This document shows, one piece after another, positions 1 to 10,238 of a DNA stretch of 40,648 nucleotides. Positions within the stretch are counted from its first letter, which is position 1; every line of letters starts with the position of its first letter. A program made the translations under genes and the position numbers. The stretch spans positions 1 to 40,648 of the forward strand of contig JBKKAS010000027.1 in assembly GCA_046714595.1 (NCBI GenBank), in the 5' to 3' direction. A model generated the notes under the pieces. It did not search any database and had not been told where the DNA came from. It saw nothing but the letters and a program-made list of their open reading frames with translations. Source of the DNA: Pyrinomonadaceae bacterium (GTDB lineage Bacteria > Acidobacteriota > Blastocatellia > Pyrinomonadales > Pyrinomonadaceae).

Positions 1-950
1 CAGCACTTTGCCCGAACCGGATGCCGGGTTCGCCGAATTTCATCGACGCGATGATCGTCACGAATCCGAATAATCACGAGTTATCGGCAAAGACATTGTT
101 GGCTTATCCGGGGTCGACGACTTCGAACATCCCGGCCTGCGCGGGCTGCACCGGAACAGCCATCACGACCTACGCAACGAATGCGCTGAATCAGGCTCTG
201 GATAATATATACAACCACCCGAACGTCGCGCCGTTTGTCAGCAAGTTTTTGATTCAGCAGTTCGTGACCGGTGATCCGACACCGGCATACGTCGGCCGGA
301 TCGCGACGGTCTTTAACGCCAACCGAACGAATCCTGCTCAGATGAAGGAAGTGGTTAAGGCTATCCTGCTCGACCCAGAGGCCCGTGGCGATTTCAAGAC
401 TGAACCGCGCTACGGAAAGCTGCGAGAGCCGGTAATGCTTTTAGCGAACATCGCCCGGCATTTCGATGCAAGATCGGCCGACCGTTCCGCGTTGAGCGAC
501 GGCGTGGTTACAACTGAAACCAGCGCGATTGGACAGATCGCATTTATGTCGCCGTCGGTCTTCAATTTCTACGCGCCGGATTACATCGTCCCGGGCACCA
601 CGCTGAACGGACCCGAGTTTGGGCTTTACACGACAGGGACGGCCGTGTCGCGAGTTAATTTCATCAACACGCTCGTTTTTAATCGCATCGAGCCGAATGT
701 GGAACGACGTGTGACGCTCGGCACTTCGATCAGCCTGGCCGAGATGCAGGCGCACGCTGAAGCCGGTCCGTCCGGGGACCAGTTGATGGATGCCCTGAAT
801 TTGAAAATGATGCACGGCGCGATGACGTCGCAGATGCGAAGCACGATCCAGAATGCGGTGTTGACCGTACCGGCATCAGATCCGTTGCTTCGCGCAAAAC
901 GGGCCGTTTATTTGGTAGCGACATCGTCGCAATATCAGGTACAGAGGTAG
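1..950 (+). CDS. DUF1800 domain-containing protein (5'-partial, continues upstream of the window)
   Basis: The reading frame is open from nt 3 to the TAG at 948-950; the track starts at the first Met, nt 21. The segment 'NHPNVAPFVSKFLIQQFV..VKAILLDPEA..KLREPV' fits my recollection of DUF1800. It ends 17 nt upstream of a DUF1501 gene, which is the classic DUF1800/DUF1501 pair. Confidence 0.75.
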   Translation, partial: ALCPNRMPGSPNFIDAMIVTNPNNHELSAKTLLAYPGSTTSNIPACAGCTGTAITTYATNALNQALDNIYNHPNVAPFVSKFLIQQFVTGDPTPAYVGRIATVFNANRTNPAQMKEVVKAILLDPEARGDFKTEPRYGKLREPVMLLANIARHFDARSADRSALSDGVVTTETSAIGQIAFMSPSVFNFYAPDYIVPGTTLNGPEFGLYTTGTAVSRVNFINTLVFNRIEPNVERRVTLGTSISLAEMQAHAEAGPSGDQLMDALNLKMMHGAMTSQMRSTIQNAVLTVPASDPLLRAKRAVYLVATSSQYQVQR

Positions 951-967
951 ATTGTTATCACGCGAGT

Positions 968-2443
968 ATGAAACAAAACAGACGGGAGTTTTTAGTTAGA
1001 TCGGGTTCCGCCTTGAGCATGACCGCGCTTGCTTCGCAGTTCCGCCATTTCGGTTTGATGAGCGCGATGGCGCAGAAGCCGGATGAACCTGGCAGTTCAA
1101 GCGTGCCTAGCGATTACCGCGCTCTGGTGTGCATTTTTATGCTCGGCGGCAACGACGGAAATAACAGCGTTATCCCGCTTCACTCGGATGCAAATGTTAG
1201 CGGTTACGCGGCGTATCACGCATTACGAAACGTGTACGGGCTGGCGATACCGCAAAACGTCCTTTTGCCGTTCAACGTGCCGCGAATGAACAATCTGGTT
1301 TACGGGATACATCCGGCGTTTGGCGTGGGACCTAACAGCCGCGGGATCTACGAGCTTTGGGGTCAGAACAAGATGGCGGTCGTAATGAACGTCGGAACGC
1401 TCGCGAAGCCGACAACGAAGGCCCAGATGTACGACTTCACACATCCCAAGCCGTACAATCTCTATTCGCATTCGGACCAGGCAGCGCAGCATCAAACGGG
1501 CCGCAGCGACAAACAAATATTTTCAGGATGGGGTGGCCGGCTTTCCGATCAACGAACGGCGCCCGACAACCCCGGGGCGCTTATTCCGATGATCACGTCC
1601 ATCGCCGGTGCCCAGCTTTTTACCGCTGGTCAGACGACGCTTCCGCTTGCGATCGTCGGAGCGCCGACCGGGCTCAACCTGGTTTTGAATCCGCAAGGCT
1701 ACGATTCGACGCCAGATTCGCAAGCCCAGCTCGCAGCATTCAACGCTTTACGCTCGCAGGATCTCAGCACCGAAATTATCGCGGCCGCAAGTCACGTAAC
1801 CGATCAGGCAATAACGGCCAACAATAGTTTGCAAACCTTTCAGGAGGTGACGGTACCGTTTCCGCCATCGAATATCGGCAATCAACTCAAGCAGGTCGCG
1901 CGTCTCATCAAGAAGCGAAATGATGTCAACGTAAAGCGCCAGATATTCTTCTGTGAGATCGGCGGGTTTGACACTCACACTCAGCAGCTTCCGAATCAGA
2001 ATATTCTGATCTCGCAGATGAGCCAGGCGATGCGTTCGTTTTACGATGAAATGGTCGTCCAGGGTTTGGAGGACAAGGTCACCCAGTTCACGATGTCGGA
2101 TTTTTCAAGAACGATGAACCCGGCGGGCAGCGGGGCCGGAGTCGGTTCGGACCACGCCTGGGGAAATTACCATTTCGTAGTTGGCGGCGGCATCACGGGA
2201 GCAAATTTTTACGGCCTCAACGCCTCGAACGGAACACCGTTTCCGGTGCTCGCGCTCGCGGGTCCCGACGATGCAGAGATCGGCTCGGGTGCGCGCGGCC
2301 GCTGGATCCCGACCGCGTCCGTCGAACAATACGCGGCGACTCTCGCCCGCTGGTTCGGTCTGCCGGATGCAAATCTCCCCGACGTATTTCCGAATATCGT
2401 GAACTTTTCCAACACTAATCTGGGATTTATGGGGCCGGCTTAA
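968..2443 (+). CDS. DUF1501 domain-containing protein (Tat-exported, sulfatase-like fold)
   Basis: 491-aa ORF with a twin-arginine-type N-terminus 'NRREFLVRSGSALSMTALAS'. It carries motifs typical of DUF1501 as I recall them: 'GGNDGNN', 'GGFDTH', 'SDFSRT', 'GSDHAWGN'. Confidence 0.85.
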   Translation: MKQNRREFLVRSGSALSMTALASQFRHFGLMSAMAQKPDEPGSSSVPSDYRALVCIFMLGGNDGNNSVIPLHSDANVSGYAAYHALRNVYGLAIPQNVLLPFNVPRMNNLVYGIHPAFGVGPNSRGIYELWGQNKMAVVMNVGTLAKPTTKAQMYDFTHPKPYNLYSHSDQAAQHQTGRSDKQIFSGWGGRLSDQRTAPDNPGALIPMITSIAGAQLFTAGQTTLPLAIVGAPTGLNLVLNPQGYDSTPDSQAQLAAFNALRSQDLSTEIIAAASHVTDQAITANNSLQTFQEVTVPFPPSNIGNQLKQVARLIKKRNDVNVKRQIFFCEIGGFDTHTQQLPNQNILISQMSQAMRSFYDEMVVQGLEDKVTQFTMSDFSRTMNPAGSGAGVGSDHAWGNYHFVVGGGITGANFYGLNASNGTPFPVLALAGPDDAEIGSGARGRWIPTASVEQYAATLARWFGLPDANLPDVFPNIVNFSNTNLGFMGPA

Positions 2444-2444
2444 G

Positions 2445-2582
2445 GAGAAGGGGAGAACGGGAGACGGAAGACCGGAGACCGGAGACGGGAACGCCTGAAT
2501 ATCCGGTACTACCGTCCGGTCGCAAGGGACGACGGCATGACTGATCTCTCCCCGTCTCACCGTCTCCCCTTCTCCCCTTCTC
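2445..2582. repeat. 138-nt imperfect inverted repeat of purine-rich GGAGA(A/C) words and their complement; possible bidirectional terminator between convergent genes
   Basis: Left arm 2445-2468 'gagaaggggagaacgggagacgga' pairs with right arm 2559-2582 'accgtctccccttctccccttctc', 22 of 23 consecutive positions paired. Inner pairing 'gagacggg' (2482-2489) with 'cccgtctc' (2551-2558). The arms are 7-8 nt periodic. The right arm overlaps the stop codon of the minus-strand kinase (2581-2583). No U-tract. Confidence 0.7.
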
Positions 2583-4860
2583 ACTCTCGCTTAGCGAGGC
2601 TCGCGATCGCTTCCGCCAACTCATCGATGTCGACCGGTTTTGCTAAGTGTACTTGAAACCCCGCTGAGATCGCGTTTTCGCTGTCCTCGTCCCGCGCCAT
2701 CGCGGTCAGTGCGATAGCCGGGATATCGAAGCCTTGCTCAGGTTCGAGAGCGCGCACCTTCCGGATAAGAGAATAGCCGTCTTCGCCCGGCATATTGATG
2801 TCTGTGAGTAAGATGTCCGGCCGCCAGTCGCGAAGAGTTTGCATCGCGTCGGCGACGCACGACGAGGTCTTAACTTCGGCTCCGGACATTTCCAACGAAA
2901 ACCGCAGAAGGTTGCAGGCGTCATTGTCGTCGTCGACTATCGAGATCCGTAATCCATTAAGTTTCCGGTCTAATGCCGTAACTGAACGATGACCGTTCAA
3001 CCGTTTCGTAACTGCATTCCCCTCGCTTACTACGGCCAGGGTGATCGGCAATAGGATCGAAAAGACCGCACCCATCCCGTGGCCGTCACTCGCAACAGAC
3101 ACTTGTCCGCCGTGAAGCTCGGCCAGATGGCGGACGATAGCCAGTCCGAGTCCAACGCCGTGATGCGTTCTGGTGCTGGAACTGTCGGCCTGCCGAAACC
3201 GGTCAAACACGAGCGGTAAAAAATCGGACCCTATCCCGCTGCCCGTATCCCGGACGACGATTTGAACACTGTTGCCGACACGTTCGTACGCAACCTCGAC
3301 CTTACCCTCATCCGGCGTGAACTTCACCGCATTGGTCAGCAAGTTCCATATCATCTGCTGCAGACGTTGCGGGTCGCATGTGATGGTCGAGACATCCGAT
3401 TCAAACCGGGTTTCGAAGGAGATCGATTTTGCCTCGGCCGCAGGTCGGACAACATCGATCGCCGCGAGGATGGTCCGAGTGACGTCGGTCGGCGAAAGAT
3501 TTAAATGCAGATTTCCGGTTATAAGTCGCGATGTGTCGAGCAGGTCGTCAATTAGTTGTGACTGGGATCGCGCGTTCCGGTAGATCGTGTCGAGCGCATT
3601 GCGCTGCTCATCCGGGTTCAACTTCCCGGTGTTAAGTATCTGGCCCCAGCCCAGTATCGAATTGAGCGGGGTGCGAAGCTCGTGCGATACGGTGGCGAGA
3701 AATTCGTCTTTCAGGCGGCTTGCCGTTTCTGCCTGCTGGCGAAGAGATTTTTCGCGAACCAATAGGCCTTCCCGTTCGGCCTCGATCCGCTTTCTTTGGA
3801 CAAATTGTCCTATCTCGCTCCCGATCGCCTCAAGCATGTTTATCAAACTCGTATCGTTCAACAGGGGGAAGCGCGTAAAGAACTCGATCACACCATAGAA
3901 ATCGTCCGCGATCTTGATCGGAAATCCGACCGCGTTATTCAAACCTGCCGCCTTTGCGAACTTTGCCCGAGGAAATTTTTTTCCTTGATACGCCTCGGCC
4001 AGCGAAATCGGACGATTCATCTCCCAGACATGTCCGGGGAGCCCGATGCCTCGCGGAAAGTTTTGCGTCAGGCTTGCCTCCCGCATTCGATACAGAGCTT
4101 GTGTGGTCTCGGACATCTCAATGTACTTGCAAGTCAATTCAGTGCCCATGTCGTTGAGCAGCCATAAGGCGCTGATGCCGGCACCCATATGATCGCAAAA
4201 TGAGCGAAGGATCTCGGGCGCGGCAGTCTCCAGGCTGTCCGCATAGGCGACCGTGCGAGTGATCGAATGCTCGATCGCCAGCCGGGCTTCCGACTCTTTT
4301 CTTACGTCGAGCTCGCCTGCGAGTCTTTTATTTGCCTCTTCAAGCTCCGATGTTCTGACACCGACGCGCTCCTCCAGATCGAGATTTGCCAAGTCAAGAT
4401 CGACGTTGGCTTGTTCCAGCAGTCTCGACTGCCGGAGTATCTCCTGATTCAGTCGAAAAAGTTTTGTAAAGAAACGAACCTTGGATTTAAGAATCTCCGG
4501 GGTGAAGGGCTTGGTCAGATAATCTACAGCACCGAGCGCGTAACCTTTGAATACGTACTGCTCATCGACACTAGTCGCCGAGACGAATATTATCGGCGTG
4601 TGCTGAGTTCGTTCGCGTTCGCGGATAAGCTCGGCCAACTCGAAGCCGTTAAGCCCCGGCATCTGGACGTCAAGCAGGATGAGGGCAACATCCTCAACCA
4701 GCAAAAACTTGAGCGCCTCGCGGGCCGATGCCGCACAGACGAGGTTCTGGTTGAGATCCGCGAGGATCGTCTCCATCACCAAAAGATTCTCGGGTCTGTC
4801 GTCGACAAGGAGGACGTTTACGGGCGCCTCTGCCGACGTTCTTTCCGATTCTTGCAACAT
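2581..4860 (-). CDS. Hybrid sensor histidine kinase, REC-coiled coil-GAF-HisKA-HATPase_c-REC
   Basis: 759 aa. N-terminal receiver ('VLLVDD..LLDVQMPG..TKP'), a coiled-coil linker and a GAF-like region. H-box '[15 protein letters not shown]'; ATPase boxes 'VRDTGSGI' and 'GVGLGLAIV'. C-terminal receiver ('ISIVDDD..LLTDINMPGEDG..AKP'). It lies 26 nt downstream of the poly-HAMP kinase on the same strand. Confidence 0.9.
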   Translation of the reverse strand: MLQESERTSAEAPVNVLLVDDRPENLLVMETILADLNQNLVCAASAREALKFLLVEDVALILLDVQMPGLNGFELAELIRERERTQHTPIIFVSATSVDEQYVFKGYALGAVDYLTKPFTPEILKSKVRFFTKLFRLNQEILRQSRLLEQANVDLDLANLDLEERVGVRTSELEEANKRLAGELDVRKESEARLAIEHSITRTVAYADSLETAAPEILRSFCDHMGAGISALWLLNDMGTELTCKYIEMSETTQALYRMREASLTQNFPRGIGLPGHVWEMNRPISLAEAYQGKKFPRAKFAKAAGLNNAVGFPIKIADDFYGVIEFFTRFPLLNDTSLINMLEAIGSEIGQFVQRKRIEAEREGLLVREKSLRQQAETASRLKDEFLATVSHELRTPLNSILGWGQILNTGKLNPDEQRNALDTIYRNARSQSQLIDDLLDTSRLITGNLHLNLSPTDVTRTILAAIDVVRPAAEAKSISFETRFESDVSTITCDPQRLQQMIWNLLTNAVKFTPDEGKVEVAYERVGNSVQIVVRDTGSGIGSDFLPLVFDRFRQADSSSTRTHHGVGLGLAIVRHLAELHGGQVSVASDGHGMGAVFSILLPITLAVVSEGNAVTKRLNGHRSVTALDRKLNGLRISIVDDDNDACNLLRFSLEMSGAEVKTSSCVADAMQTLRDWRPDILLTDINMPGEDGYSLIRKVRALEPEQGFDIPAIALTAMARDEDSENAISAGFQVHLAKPVDIDELAEAIASLAKRE

Positions 4861-4886
4861 TCTCTTCCCTCTAGTTCTTTCGAGTT

Positions 4887-7800
4887 TTAATTGTCGAGCC
4901 AGATCCGAAGCAGCGACATGAGCTGTTCTGTTTCAACCGGCTTGGTTATATAGTCTGATGCCCCTGCTTCCAGACATTTCTGCCGGTCGCCCTTCATGGC
5001 CTTCGCCGTTACCGCGATGATGGGCACTGACTTGAATTTTCCTATCTTTCGTATCGCCTGCATCGCTTCGAATCCGTCCATCCCCGGCATCATGATGTCC
5101 ATCAGCACGCCGTTAATACCCGGAGTCTTCTGCAGCATCTCGATACCGTCTCTACCGTTCTCAGCGTACACGACCTGCATCTGCTGACGCTCGAGTGCAC
5201 TGGTCAGAGCAAAGATGTTGCGGATGTCGTCGTCGACGATGAGGACCTTTTTACCCTCGAGCCGCGGGTCGGTGACGTTCACATGCTTCACCATGTTCTT
5301 TTGCGCGTCCGTGAGGTCGGCTAGATCACGATGGAGAAAGAGCGCCGTCGCGTCGATCAGGCGCTCGATCGAGTCGGCGTCCTTGATGATGATCGTCTCG
5401 GCCAGCTTCTTGATGCGGGACGTTTCACGTTTCGAAAGGTCTTTGCCGGTGTGAACGATAACCGGAATTTCAGGATCGCCGGAAAGCTCCTTGATCTTTC
5501 CGATCAGATCGCTCCATTCGACATCGGGCAACATGAGATCGACGATCGCGCAGTCAAAGCGTTCAGCGTTGAGAGCGTTCAGCGCCTCGTCGCCGGTTCC
5601 GACCGCGGTGATCGAAAGGTCTTTGCCCAAGAGCAATTCTGACATACTAGCGCGAAGTGTCTCATCGTCCTCGACAAGCAGCAGTTTCTTCACCGGCCGT
5701 TCGGCAAAGCTCTTCAGTTGCTGAATGCCGTCGACCAGCCTTTCCCGGTTGGTCGGTTTCGTCTGGTAGCCGAAAGCTCCAAGCCGCAGAACCCGTTTCA
5801 TGTCCTCGATAAGCGAAATTATCTGGACCGGAATATGGCGCGTCGACGGATCATGTTTCAGACGATCGAGCACTGCATAGCCGTGCATGCCCGGCAGCGT
5901 CAGATCGAGCGTGATCGCATTCGGCCGGTACTTACGGGCGGTCATCAACGCGTCTTCGCCGTGCTGCGAGACGAGACATTTGAACCCGGCTTCGTGGGCA
6001 ATGTCGATCAGGATACGCGCGAACACCGCGTCGTCCTCGATGATAAGAATGACGCTATCACCAGCTTGTAGATGTGAACGGTCGTCGCTGATGATTATCT
6101 GCACACGCGGTGGCGACTCTTCATCGATTGGCCGGGCAAGCGAGATCAGCCTCGGCTTCGACGGGACGTCTCCTTCGATCAGCCCCTCCTCCGCATTCTC
6201 TTCCTGCGGATTCAACGAAACCGTGTCGTAACTCTCAGGCAGGTAAAACGTGAAAGTGCTTCCGCTGCCGGGCCGGCTTTCAAGTGTGATCTCGCCGCCA
6301 AGCAGACGCGCGATCTCGCGGCTGATCGAAAGACCGAGCCCGGTCCCGCCGTACTTACGGCTCGTCGTACCGTCCTCTTGTTGGAACGCCTCGAAAATGA
6401 GCTGCTGTTTATCTTCCGAGATTCCGATGCCAGTATCACGGACGCGGAAGGCGATCACCGATGACGCACGATTGAGACTGTTGTTGTCGTAGCTCCAACC
6501 GCTGTCCGCAACGTCGACCTCGACCGTCACCTGTCCCTGCTGCGTGAATTTGAACGCGTTCGACAAAAGATTCTTCAGAACTTGTCGCAGGCGCTTGGCG
6601 TCTGTCTGTAAGCTCTGCGGCAGGCGCTCGTTCAGATCGATGATCAACTGCAGACCCTTGTCATTCGCGATCTGGCTGAAGGTTCGTTCCGTGTCAGCCC
6701 GCAGATCGCTGAACATTACTTCGCCGATCTCGACCCCCATCGCTCCGGATTCGATCTTCGTCAGATCAAGAATTTCATTGATCAGGGCAAGCAGGTCGGC
6801 ACCGGACGAGTGGATCGTCTCGGCGAACTCTACCTGCTTTTCGTTCAGATTCGTATCCGCATTGTCCGACAGCATCTTGGACAGGATCAGCATCGAGTTC
6901 AGCGGCGTGCGAAGCTCGTGCGACATGTTCGCGAGAAACTCGGATTTATACTTCGAATTTAGTGCGAGCTGTTTCGCCTTATCTTCGAGCGCCGTGCGGG
7001 CGAGTTCGATCTGACGATTCTTCTGTTCCACCTCGCTCTTCTGTTCTGACAGAAGCTTGGCCTTTTCTTCAAGCTCCTGGTTCGTCTGCTGCAGCTCTTC
7101 CTGCTGCTGCTTGAGGAGCTCTTCGGATGTCTGCAGCGACTGCGCCTGAAGCTCAAGGCGTCGATTCGTTTCCTGCAACTCCGCCTGTCCGAGCTGCAGT
7201 TCCTGAGCAAGCGACTGCGACTGTTTGAGCAGCTCCTCAGTTCTCATGTTCGCCTCGATCGTGTTGATAACGATACCGATCGATTCGGTCAACTGGTCGA
7301 GGAAGCCGAAGTGAATTTCGTTGAACGGCGTGAATGACGCAAGTTCGATCACAGCCTTTACCTGTCCTTCGAAAAGCACTGGCAGGACAACAATATTGGT
7401 TGGTGGGGCCTCGCCAAGTCCTGAGTTGATCTTTACGTATTCCGGCGGTGCGTTATTGATGATAATTCTCTGTTTCTCAAAAGCGCATTGCCCGACGATG
7501 CTTTCGCCAAGCCGGAATTCGTTTGCGACAGATTTGCGCTTTCTGTACGCGTAGCTGGCGAGAAGTTTGAGTACCGGCTCTTCCTGTGACGCGTCGGCGA
7601 TGTAGAAGACACCGTGCTGCATCTCGACGAGCGGAGCCATTTCCGACAAGATCAGCCGAGCAACCGTGAGCAGATCACGCTGCCCTTGCAGCAAGCGGGT
7701 GAACTTTGCGAGATTTGTTTTCAGCCAATCCTGCTCGGTATTCTTCCGGGTCGTTTCGCGAAGATTGCCGATCATCTCGTTAACGTTGTCTTTGAGAAAG

Positions 7801-9941
7801 GCGACTTCGCCCGAAGCATCCACCGTGATCGATCGCGTAAGATCGCCCTTGGTCACGGCGGTCGCCACGTCGGCCATTGCACGCACCTGATTCGTCAGGT
7901 TTGCCGCGAGTTGGTTCACGTTGTCGGTAAGATCGCGCCACGTTCCGGATGCACCGGGTACGTTCGCCTGGCCGCCGAGCTCGCCTTCGATACCGACCTC
8001 GCGGGCAACGGTCGTCACCTGATCGGCGAATGTTGCGAGCGTGTCGATCATCGCGTTGATCGTGTCGGCAAGCTCGGCGATCTCGCCGAGAGCCTCGACC
8101 TCGAGTTTACGATTCAGGTTTCCGTTAGCGACGGCCGTCACGACGCGTGCGATACCGCGTACCTGCGTCGTAAGGTTCGACGCCATGAAGTTCACATTGT
8201 CGGTCAGATCCTTCCACGTTCCCGACACGCCCTTAACCTGCGCCTGTCCGCCGAGCTTTCCTTCGGTACCGACCTCGCGGGCAACGCGCGTCACCTCGGA
8301 CGCAAACGAGTTGAGCTGATCGACCATCGTATTGATCGTGATCTTGAGCTCGAGAATTTCACCCTGCACGTCGACGGTAATCTTCTTAGAAAGGTCACCG
8401 TTCGCCACGGCCGTTGTGACCGTCGCGATGTTACGCACTTGCGACGTCAGGTTCGACGCCATAAAGTTCACGTTGTCGGTAAGATCTTTCCACGTTCCCG
8501 AAACACCACGAACGACCGCCTGTCCTCCAAGGATTCCTTCAGTACACACATCACGCGCAACGCGCGTAACTTCCGACGCGAACGACGACAGTTGGTCCAC
8601 CATCGTGTTGATCGTATTCTTGAGTTCGAGAATTTCACCCTTAACGTCCACCGTGATCTTCTTCGACAAGTCGCCGTTGGCCACGGCGGTCGTCACGTCG
8701 GCGATGTTACGCACCTGCGATGTAAGGTTCGACGCCATGAAGTTCACGTTATCCGTCAGATCTTTCCATGTTCCCGATACACCTAGCACCTCGGCCTGTC
8801 CGCCAAGCTTTCCTTCCGTACCGACCTCGCGGGCCACACGCGTTACCTCCGAGGCGAACGACGACAACTGATCCACCATCGTGTTGATCGTGTCTTTCAG
8901 CTCGAGAATTTCGCCCTGCACATCCACCGTGATCTTTTTAGACAAGTCGCCGTTCGCCACGGCGGTCGTCACGGCGGCAATATTTCGCACCTGACCGGTA
9001 AGGTTCGACGCCATGAAGTTCACGTTGTCGGTAAGATCCTTCCACACACCGCCAACGCCCTTGACCTCGGCCTGGCCGCCGAGCTTTCCTTCGGTACCGA
9101 CCTCGCGCGCCACACGGGTAACCTCGGATGCGAACGAATTGAGCTGATCCACCATTGTGTTCAGCGTGTCTTTAAGCTCAAGAATTTCGCCGCGCACCTG
9201 CACGGTGATCTTTTTCGACAAGTCACCGTTCGCAACGGATGTCGCGACCTCGGCGATGTTACGCACCTGCGCCGTCAGGTTGCTGGTCATGAGGTTTACG
9301 TTGTCAGTCAGATCTTTCCAGACACCGGCAACGCCCTCGACCTCGGCTTCGCCGCCGAGCTTTCCTTCGGTCCCGACCTCGCGCGCAACGCGCGTAACCT
9401 CGGACGCGAAAGAGTTGAGCTGGTCGACCATTGTGTTGAGCGTATTTTTTAGCTCAAGAATTTCTCCGCGCACATCCACCGTGATCTTTTTCGACAGATC
9501 GCCGTTTGCCACAGACGTTGCCACGTCGGCGATGTTTCTCACCTGACCGGTGAGGTTGCTAGTCATGAGATTTACGTTGTCGGTCAGGTCTTTCCACACG
9601 CCGGCAACGCCCTTAACGTCAGCCTGTCCGCCGAGCTTTCCTTCGGTTCCCACCTCACGAGCAACGCGTGTAACTTCCGATGCAAATGACGACAATTGAT
9701 CCACCATCGTGTTGATGGTGTCTTTCAGTTCGAGGATCTCGCCGCGAACGTTAACGGTGATCTTTTTCGAGAGGTCGCCATTCGCCACGGCGGTCGTAAC
9801 TTCAGCGATGTTGCGAACCTGACCGGTGAGGTTGTTCGCCATCAGGTTCACGTTGTCGGTCAAGTCTTTCCATGTTCCCGACACGCCCTTAACTTCAGCC
9901 TGGCCGCCGAGCTTTCCTTCGGTACCGACCTCGCGAGCCAC
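4887..9941 (-). CDS. Poly-HAMP hybrid histidine kinase, C-terminal 1684-aa part (HAMP repeats-GAF-coiled coil-HisKA-HATPase_c-REC-REC-REC). Probably one gene with 9963..10778, interrupted by an in-frame TAG
   Basis: Eight 92-aa repeats of the type '[60 protein letters not shown]...[16 protein letters not shown]'. These are followed by a GAF-like region, a long Q/E-rich coiled coil and the H-box '[15 protein letters not shown]'. ATPase boxes are 'VRDTGIGI' and 'GGTGLGLSI'. Three receiver domains follow ('LIIEDD..LDLTLPG', 'LLVEDD..VDLMLPD', '[16 protein letters not shown]'). The track start is a GTG inside repeat sequence ('VAREVG'), so it is probably not a genuine N-terminus. Confidence 0.85.
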   Translation of the reverse strand: MAREVGTEGKLGGQAEVKGVSGTWKDLTDNVNLMANNLTGQVRNIAEVTTAVANGDLSKKITVNVRGEILELKDTINTMVDQLSSFASEVTRVAREVGTEGKLGGQADVKGVAGVWKDLTDNVNLMTSNLTGQVRNIADVATSVANGDLSKKITVDVRGEILELKNTLNTMVDQLNSFASEVTRVAREVGTEGKLGGEAEVEGVAGVWKDLTDNVNLMTSNLTAQVRNIAEVATSVANGDLSKKITVQVRGEILELKDTLNTMVDQLNSFASEVTRVAREVGTEGKLGGQAEVKGVGGVWKDLTDNVNFMASNLTGQVRNIAAVTTAVANGDLSKKITVDVQGEILELKDTINTMVDQLSSFASEVTRVAREVGTEGKLGGQAEVLGVSGTWKDLTDNVNFMASNLTSQVRNIADVTTAVANGDLSKKITVDVKGEILELKNTINTMVDQLSSFASEVTRVARDVCTEGILGGQAVVRGVSGTWKDLTDNVNFMASNLTSQVRNIATVTTAVANGDLSKKITVDVQGEILELKITINTMVDQLNSFASEVTRVAREVGTEGKLGGQAQVKGVSGTWKDLTDNVNFMASNLTTQVRGIARVVTAVANGNLNRKLEVEALGEIAELADTINAMIDTLATFADQVTTVAREVGIEGELGGQANVPGASGTWRDLTDNVNQLAANLTNQVRAMADVATAVTKGDLTRSITVDASGEVAFLKDNVNEMIGNLRETTRKNTEQDWLKTNLAKFTRLLQGQRDLLTVARLILSEMAPLVEMQHGVFYIADASQEEPVLKLLASYAYRKRKSVANEFRLGESIVGQCAFEKQRIIINNAPPEYVKINSGLGEAPPTNIVVLPVLFEGQVKAVIELASFTPFNEIHFGFLDQLTESIGIVINTIEANMRTEELLKQSQSLAQELQLGQAELQETNRRLELQAQSLQTSEELLKQQQEELQQTNQELEEKAKLLSEQKSEVEQKNRQIELARTALEDKAKQLALNSKYKSEFLANMSHELRTPLNSMLILSKMLSDNADTNLNEKQVEFAETIHSSGADLLALINEILDLTKIESGAMGVEIGEVMFSDLRADTERTFSQIANDKGLQLIIDLNERLPQSLQTDAKRLRQVLKNLLSNAFKFTQQGQVTVEVDVADSGWSYDNNSLNRASSVIAFRVRDTGIGISEDKQQLIFEAFQQEDGTTSRKYGGTGLGLSISREIARLLGGEITLESRPGSGSTFTFYLPESYDTVSLNPQEENAEEGLIEGDVPSKPRLISLARPIDEESPPRVQIIISDDRSHLQAGDSVILIIEDDAVFARILIDIAHEAGFKCLVSQHGEDALMTARKYRPNAITLDLTLPGMHGYAVLDRLKHDPSTRHIPVQIISLIEDMKRVLRLGAFGYQTKPTNRERLVDGIQQLKSFAERPVKKLLLVEDDETLRASMSELLLGKDLSITAVGTGDEALNALNAERFDCAIVDLMLPDVEWSDLIGKIKELSGDPEIPVIVHTGKDLSKRETSRIKKLAETIIIKDADSIERLIDATALFLHRDLADLTDAQKNMVKHVNVTDPRLEGKKVLIVDDDIRNIFALTSALERQQMQVVYAENGRDGIEMLQKTPGINGVLMDIMMPGMDGFEAMQAIRKIGKFKSVPIIAVTAKAMKGDRQKCLEAGASDYITKPVETEQLMSLLRIWLDN

Positions 9942-10238
9942 ACGCGTAAGTTCGGACGCGAACTAGGAAAGCTGGTCGACCATTGTGTTGATCGTGTTTT
10001 TGAGTTCGAGGATCTCGCCCTTAACGTCGACGGTGATCTTTTTCGAAAGGTCGCCGTTTGCTACGGCCGTTGTCACTTCGGCGATGTTGCGGACCTGGCC
10101 GGTGAGGTTGTTGGCCATCAGGTTTACGTTGTCGGTAAGGTCCTTCCACGTTCCCGATACACCCTTGACCTGAGCCTGTCCGCCGAGCTTTCCTTCGGTA
10201 CCCACTTCACGGGCGACGCGGGTTACCTCGGAAGCGAA
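8031..10238 (-). repeat. Tandem array of eight 276-bp (92-codon) coding repeats; more divergent units flank it on both sides
   Basis: Unit boundaries taken at 'FASE': 10238, 9962, 9686, 9410, 9134, 8858, 8582, 8306 and 8030. The period is exactly 276 nt. The first two units are nearly identical at protein level. A divergent unit ('[20 protein letters not shown]..') follows to about 7755. Confidence 0.9.

Noticed and set aside
2603-2610. GCGATCGC (the cyanobacterial HIP1 palindrome) seen at least five times by eye (for example near 2603, 26137, 27147, 38088 and 40064)
   Set aside because: The count is small, and the motif is easily produced by the frequent CGATCG/GCG codon context of this GC-rich coding sequence. 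I could not compute a proper expectation, and other features do not suggest a cyanobacterium.
2105-2624. Minus-strand ORFs 2105..2584 and 2427..2624 running through the 3' end of the DUF1501 gene and the purine-rich hairpin
   Set aside because: They are Arg/Gly/Glu-rich translations of the low-complexity repeat and antisense to a well-supported gene.
4267-4890. 207-aa plus-strand ORF, and similar ORFs at 16747..17433, 17494..18081, 18411..19082 and 20392..20871
   Set aside because: All lie antisense inside confidently assigned genes (kinase, NapC-like cytochrome, barrel, decahaem) and have no recognisable motifs.
8031-10238. Regular 276-bp repeat array considered as a possible CRISPR or satellite
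   Set aside because: The units are contiguous with no unique spacers. The whole array is one open reading frame encoding HAMP repeats. No cas genes or leader are present.
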